Source: Yuukianura sp. NJ FZ-2021
Taxonomy: Eukaryota
Assembly: GCA_046563655.1 (NCBI GenBank)
Contig: CM102286.1
Location: forward strand, 13,330,001-13,394,000
Reading direction: 5' to 3'
DNA: 64,000 nt
The stretch's first letter is position 1; each line of letters begins with the position of its first letter. Shown one piece after another: positions 57,901-64,000 of this stretch. Position numbers and translations under genes: made by a program. A model generated the notes under the pieces. It was not told the origin of the DNA and did no database searches. It saw nothing but the letters and a program-made list of their open reading frames with translations.

Positions 57901-60900
57901 AGTCCAATTTTTTGTATTTTGTTCCTAACTCTATTTTTTGAGAGAGTCCTTGAAGTGGACAAACAAGAGAAAGCAAGGAATAAATTCCGTGTTTACTTTC
58001 TCCTTCACACCTTAACTTTCACTCCAATAACCACCAAAACCCCCACCCACAGAGAGCGCAAACACTCAAAACTTACTCCTGCAACACTTTCAATCTAATT
58101 AAACTAAACGTCCAATTATCACTAAACGGTGTGTCCCCTGCCTTTTACTAAATTATGCATCTCCCGGCGAAAGCGCCAACGTTCAAAACTTTCTTAAATG
58201 AAAATTACCGACAGTTCAACAAAAGTTTCTGTCTTGGGTTTCGGAATTTCCTGAAACGAGATGTCGACCACGCCCAGGAAATTTCAAAACATAAAGGTTG
58301 AAAAACCGCCACCAAAATTTCGAAAATTGGTTCAAAGTGAAACTAACTTTCTTCAAAAATACACAGAATTAAAAAGAAACACTTTAACAACTTTCTTCAA
58401 ATTTCTTAAAAAATTATCTGGAAATTCACATCCGGCTTGTTATCCCGATTTCCGGAAAAATATGTTTATGCCACTTTGGCAAAAAGTGGCTAAAACACTT
58501 TGGCCAAAAGTGGGCGAAAGTTTTTTAGCCACCAAATGAGAACAAATTGGCAAAAGATTTAACACTTTGAGTCTATTTTTGAAATTGTGGTCAAAAGTGT
58601 GTTTTGGCCGGATGGCTGAAATTGGATGACACCGTTTCAGCCACTAAATTACTCCAGCGGAAATTGGTGGTTCGGAAGGTGCAAGGCACAAACTAATAAA
58701 GTCTAAAGCGTTACTTAATAAATTGACGCTTCATTCCGTCGCTCCTTCATTTCTTTTTTGATGTTGTTGGAAAATAAAGGTAATTGGTTATTGATTGAAG
58801 AAGAGAGGGAAGCATAATGAGCAGACTTTCTCCACTTTCTTCATATCTTTTCTTCCCACCCCTTCCCTCCCCCTCTCTCATTTTTTGATGGGTTGACAGA
58901 ATGACTTTTCAGGGGGGAAAAGAACAGTTAACAGGACGACACAAACTTTTTTCTTCACTTTTTCCCCCTCCACATCGTCGTTTCCCTTGCTCATTATTAA
59001 CTATTCAGTGAAAGTTAGCGTTTTATTTGATGGCTCAAGACATGAACTCTTTTTCTTTTATAGTCGACAAAACGTCAGACCATCTCACAATTTTTTTTCT
59101 GTAAAGAAGATTGACATGACTGCAGAGCCAAAACGAGCCTAGCCCGTCATGTACCCAATTCAATCCTTTACCACCGCCATTTATTAGCGCCTTTACATTT
59201 TTTGTTGAAAAAAAACTAAACTAACTTTTTAGAAGAAAATGGAAAGTTTTTAGTTAAAAAAAAGTTTTGAAGAGAGTTTTTTTTAGTTTCATAATTTCAC
59301 AATTTCTGAGCCTATTTTCTCACGTCGATGAAAAGAAAGAGAAAAAAAAGTCCTCCAGGACTTTAATTAAATTTCTTTTCTTTCTCTTTTTGAATCTCCC
59401 ACTTTTTTTAAACTCCTGCTGCTACGCTACTTCTCCCGCGTTTTTCCCTTAGCAAAGTTTCCGCTATCAATCCTTTCATTAGATATGGTAATTGACATTT
59501 GTCTAACGAAGAGGCTGTCTTCTGTGCTGCTAAAGTCCCCCCTCCTCCCTCCCACTTTGGGGGGACCCCTTGTAGGCTGGGGGGACTTGAAGAAGACGGG
59601 GGGTGCTGCTAGAATTGAGTTAGGGAACAAAAAGCGCCAAAGCGTACTTTCCCTTTTCTTGCTCTTGAGCCTTGGAGCAGAACTTGACTTGACTACTTTC
59701 TTCCGTAACTGGTCATTCGTGCACGGAAACTCAAGTACCTATCCATGGACGGTAACTCGGGTAGAGCCACTCATGGACGGTCAGTGTTGGTGGATGGATA
59801 AAACGTTTCTACCGTCTCGGTCTAAATTGGTGGAAGTATTCGGATTTAATTAGATATGTCCAATTTATCCAGGCATTTCATCCGGATAAAACTGGACGAA
59901 ACCGTGTATCCACTGGAAGAAATATCCAAAAAGTGGCGCTGTGGACGACACTTAGCAAAGGAATGAAAAATGCCGCTTTTCCTTCATTTTGACGCTTACT
60001 GACACTTTTGGCTAGTGTTTTTTTTATGCTGTGTCTATAAGTGCCGGTTCAGAAGTTTCCGTTCATAAGTGTCTTGGAACTCTTTTTTCCCGGGTTTTGA
60101 AAATAGAAGAAAGTGGAGGAGCTCTTCTGGGTTCCTAAAGAAGTTGGTACAACTATAACGCCCTTAAGTGCCAAAAGGAATTTAATTTAGGTTCCTCCAG
60201 GAGTCTCCTGGAAGTTCCTGGAAAGTAAGAAAAGAAATGCAAAAGGTAAAGTAAATTAAATGTTGGCAATGTTGATGGATGGAGCTTCGTCAAATATGCA
60301 CAACACTTTCTCCCACGCCTTTCTCCTCTTTACAATGTTGAACCCAAGTGACAACCTAGTCTAACTTTGCTTGCAGAACATGGAAACACCTTGCTTTCTC
60401 CGAACAACCCCAAATTTCACCATCCAATAATAAATAACTGAAAATGGGTTCACAGGAGCTTATTCCGCCATTTCCACTTTTCCCGCCATTTTTTCTCTAT
60501 CTAGTGCCCTATGATGACATGATGGCTTCAAGTTTTGTTTACTTTTATTCCTAAAACCCAATTTCTTTTTAGCTGCTTGAGGCTGCTTTCACTTTACTTT
60601 TTTTTGTTATGTTATGGAAAATGGGTTTCACACGGAATCATTATAATAATGACCCTCGACTTTCACTTTAATCTTACATGGGCCAAAGACATAACAAAAA
60701 CACGACTTTTTACTGTCATCGTTTTTCCCGCTTTTCTCCTCCTCCCATGTCACTCTACTTATCAAATTTATTGCCACTCAACCGCGAAAAAAAAACTTTC
60801 TCTGGAAAAGAGGCGAAATGGACGTGGCTTAATTTTTAATAAGTCGAGGAATGAAGTACACAGGAGTTAACAACAGTCAAAAGAACTAACGATATTCTTG

Positions 60901-63330
60901 TCCATCATTGGAATATGTTAGGTTCTTACTTTGTATTTCTAAATGTTAGGCTAGTAACCCAATCAAAATGAAAACACTAACGTAACGAGTAGGTTAATGT
61001 TTCGCCATTTTCATGTCGTTCAGAGACTCATTAACCTAACATTACTACTACATAGCTCGGGTGGGCTCATCAACCCAACATAAATTTTTTAACAACGATT
61101 GTTTTAAAATTTTTTGTATTTTTTCTTGTTAGGAAACAAAATTTTATCCTAAACAAGAAAAAAAAAACAAAATTTTTACAACATGTTTTGAATACATTAG
61201 GAGAATTTTCAATAATTTTGCTAAATAATAGTACAAATGTCGTTGGCAAATGAAGTGAAATTTAATTAGATTAGGTCGCAGAGTTGTGTTTGTTTTTGGA
61301 AAAATATTTTCTTACATTTCAGCATTTTTTTTTTTGGATTTTTTTTTCAGGGAAAAGACGGTGGTTCGAGCGTGCGAGAATCTCCGTCTCCGCTGGCTTC
61401 CCATCTCAATCACAATCAGAATTCCCTGGGAAGCTCTGCGTTGACCTCTAACCTCTCCGGATCTTCATCAAGTTCAGCGGCAGCCGTGGCAGCAGCTGCC
61501 TCCCTCAACCCCTTCACCCACCCACTCTGGTTCTTCCCCCCATTTCTCCCCAACCCATACCTCAACCCTATGAACATGGGCATGAATCTACCCGGGCTTT
61601 TGCCCCCGCACGTTCCCCAGCCACCACCCACCAGCGCCCCCTACCTCCCCGGAACCATCGGCTTACAAACACCAGACAACTTGCTCTCCTCTTTCCGCTC
61701 CTCAGCCGATTCGCTCCTCCATCATCATCATGCAGCTCATCAACAACAGCGCAGTTTCGGAAGTCCACCGGACCTTGGCTTGAGCGGGAAAAAAGAATCA
61801 GAGGTGGGTCAAGGAAGTGGTGGCTCCGTTAAAGGTGGGGCCAGTGGGTCAAAACGTGGCGGGGGAAGTGGATCTTCCAAGGGATCTAAAAAATCATCAA
61901 GTTTCTCCATCTCTAGACTAACTTCTCCTTCGCCCTCGAGTAATTCCAGTGGTGGAAGTTTAACGAGCAAAGGAAGTAACCATAACAATAATAACTACAA
62001 TCCACATCCTCCGCATCATGTTGGAAGCGGGAGCGGAATGAGTGAACAACCTAATGGGAAAACCGCATCATTAGCATTAGGGGGTGCCGAGACCATGATG
62101 ATGATGAGTACGACGACATCAGCTCCGGGAAGAATGTCGTCAAAGGCTGGAGCGGGAGGGAACAAAGCCAGTTCGGAATCCGGTTCAGAGTCGGGAGCGG
62201 TTCCGGGAAGTGTCGGAACCGGTTCTACTACAAGTACTAACTGTGTTGATTTACGAGTTGGAGGTCGAAGCTGGGAGAAAAGTGGAGTAAGTGCTCCGCC
62301 ACCTCGGTCGATCTATAAACCTCTGTCAGCTTTCCATGACCCTGCCGAACTAAATCTTGCCCATTCATCTACTCTAACCGCTCCACAACGCTCGTCCCCA
62401 GACACTTTGAGCAGCCCAGGAGTCGGTTTCAACCAAGAACAAGACGGGAGTGGTAGCCTCACTTCAACCAAACCCTTATCCACCACATACGTTCTCAAGA
62501 ACCTTCATCACATTTATCTGAGAGTCAAGGAGAAAGCAGGAGAAAGTGGCACAGATTCTCTCAGTAGTCATCTCACGCCTACGATCAATAATAACACGGA
62601 GCATCACGGCCACCACCAAGCTAGTTCCGCTCATTTCAAAACACAGCAGCAGCAGTTCCAGGCTTCACTGAATTCGGTTCCACCGAGTGGCGGATCCTCC
62701 AGAAAAGCGAGCCACCCAGCTCATCTCCGCCCGTTTAATTATTTTATCCCTGGAACTCCAGATATGAACAATCACGATCACTCAATCTCTGATGAAACCA
62801 AAAAGAAAGTAATTGATTTAAGTGGAGTGAGTGAGGTCAATCCAGGGCGGGAAAAAGTGACCTCCCTCAGTGAGAAAAAGGCTAAAGATGGTGGATCTGG
62901 GGGAGATAACATTAGGATTCCACTTCCGAGACCAATCAAAGGCGAATCTAATTACACCAGAAACAAGAGACTTCATTCCTCATCACTTAATTCCCTAACC
63001 TCATCCTCCAATCTTTCCTTTGACGAGGAAGAAGAAGAAGAACCAGTGGAACTGCGCAAGAATTTTAAATATTCCCGCACTTCAGAGCCAAAATTGAAAG
63101 GTCACGCGGCAGCATCAGCATCGCCAGCATCCTCTTCGCAGTACAATGACGATGACGGTGACACAGCAGTTGAGCATGGCCAAGGAAGTGACATTGTTAA
63201 TGTCCTTTCAGAAACGGAACCTGAAGATGATCACACTAAAAGTGAAAGTAGCGATGTTGAAGACGCTGAAAATTTGGAGAGTTTAAAAAACTACAGAACA
63301 GGAACTAGTCCAGAAAAACTAGTTGAGTGA
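54922..63330 (+). CDS. Uncharacterised ~883-aa Ser/Gly/Pro/His-rich, probably disordered nuclear protein; 2 coding exons
   Basis: Exon A 54922-55593: acceptor TTTTAG at 54913, in-frame TGA 6 nt before the ATG, donor TCC|GTAAGA, phase 0. Exon B 61351-63330: acceptor TTTTTTTCAG, phase 0, same frame as the 652-aa ORF. Both exons are long, GC-richer open frames in an AT-rich background. Basic cluster QKRRKRTR. No domain recognised. The join of A to B is inferred from phase. Confidence 0.8.
55636..55905. mobile_element. ~270-bp MITE with Tc2/pogo-type (Tc1/mariner superfamily) terminal inverted repeats
   Basis: Left end TGGTATTTCCTCGCATATAATACGC; the reverse complement of the right end is TAGTATATCCTCACCTATAAGACGC. 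It has the doubled sub-terminal GGTGCGTCTTATACGCGAGTGCGTCTTATAG typical of this TIR class. It lies 42 nt inside the large intron. Confidence 0.7.
55934..56054. repeat. ~40-bp tandem repeat, 3 copies
   Basis: CAGTTTTTCTAAAGTTTGCTGAGATTTTTTTCGTTTTGAA and two variants. Confidence 0.8.
56800..57068. repeat. Highly degenerate (ACATA/ACATG)-based low-complexity repeat
   Basis: Recurrent AACATAAC, ACATGA and TTACATAA at roughly 5/10-bp spacing. Confidence 0.5.
59782..59952. mobile_element. Second, inverted copy of the ~170-bp CAGTGTTG-ended MITE-like element
   Basis: Starts CAGTGTTGG and ends GACGACACT; colinear similarity to the reverse complement of 32731-32900. Confidence 0.6.
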
Positions 63331-64000
63331 AATAAATTTAAAAATTAGTTAGTCATTGTATCAATTAAAGTCCTATTTTTAATTAGCATTTAGTAATTAA
63401 CACTTAGTTCTACTCATTCATGTGATTCTTGATAGGAGGAGAAAGGTAAAATGAAAGTTAGGCTGTTGTGTTTACGACATAAAACAAAACCTGCGCATCA
63501 AAATGAATTATTCAACACTTTCTTCTGAGAAAGTCAATTAAGACGTGTTTTGAAAACAAAGAATACTTGTTGAAAGCGTCGCAATTAAATTTAAACTTTT
63601 CACCGTGTTTCTCGCTACTGAAATTTCCGCATGTAACTCTATTCAATCTCAGTGGTGGTAAATTTTAGCTTTAAATTTTATTACAATTAATTGAAATTCC
63701 AGCTAAAATTATGATTGTTTCCAATTTTAAGAAAGTTCTAACTTACAAAGTTTCTGTTTCATAATTTTTTTAGAAAGAAAGTTAATTACGAATTGCAGTC
63801 CAATTTTTTTAGTCCGATGTCATTCCTTTGTTTTTCATTCAAACTAACATTAACTAACTTTTCATAGATAAACTTCTAAGAATTGTGTGCTTGATTAAAT
63901 CTATGTCATAATTGCAATTACAAAAGCAATTAACACACCCAATGGTCGTGATAATTAATTTAACTTAAGTTACGCAGTACTAATAAGGTATTAGAACTTT

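Noticed and set aside
61054..61078. TGGGCTCATCAACCCA, like a tRNA-Met anticodon arm
   Set aside because: No acceptor stem, D arm or T arm.

Overview
Eukaryotic, AT-rich genomic window with GT-AG introns. It is most likely from an invertebrate animal, probably an arthropod (inferred from the proteins and repeats; the species cannot be called). There are three compartments. (1) 1-25 kb: no recognisable coding exon, rich in A/T tracts, with one ~1 kb DINE-1/Helentron-type non-autonomous element and a 15-bp minisatellite. (2) 25.9-41.5 kb: a compact housekeeping cluster with mostly 60-100 nt introns. It holds DHX34 (+, 19 coding exons), NOC4L (-, intact 3' part, apparently damaged 5' part), a foldback element and a MITE in the divergent NOC4L/PIGG spacer, PIGG (+, 6 exons), and an 8-repeat polyubiquitin gene (+). 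(3) 41.6-64 kb: a long non-coding stretch densely seeded with the 11-mer AAAGTGAAAGT, then a two-coding-exon gene for an ~883-aa low-complexity protein with short conserved-looking islands. The most unusual items are these. Every ubiquitin repeat is interrupted by an intron at the same nucleotide, giving seven in-phase 228-nt exons; one repeat carries P19S and one unit is a recent duplicate. The Blimp-1/IRF-type motif forms a dense field. The uncharacterised protein carries eh1-like and CtBP/SIM-like motifs. All gene models were built by eye from splice signals and reading frame; no database search was run.
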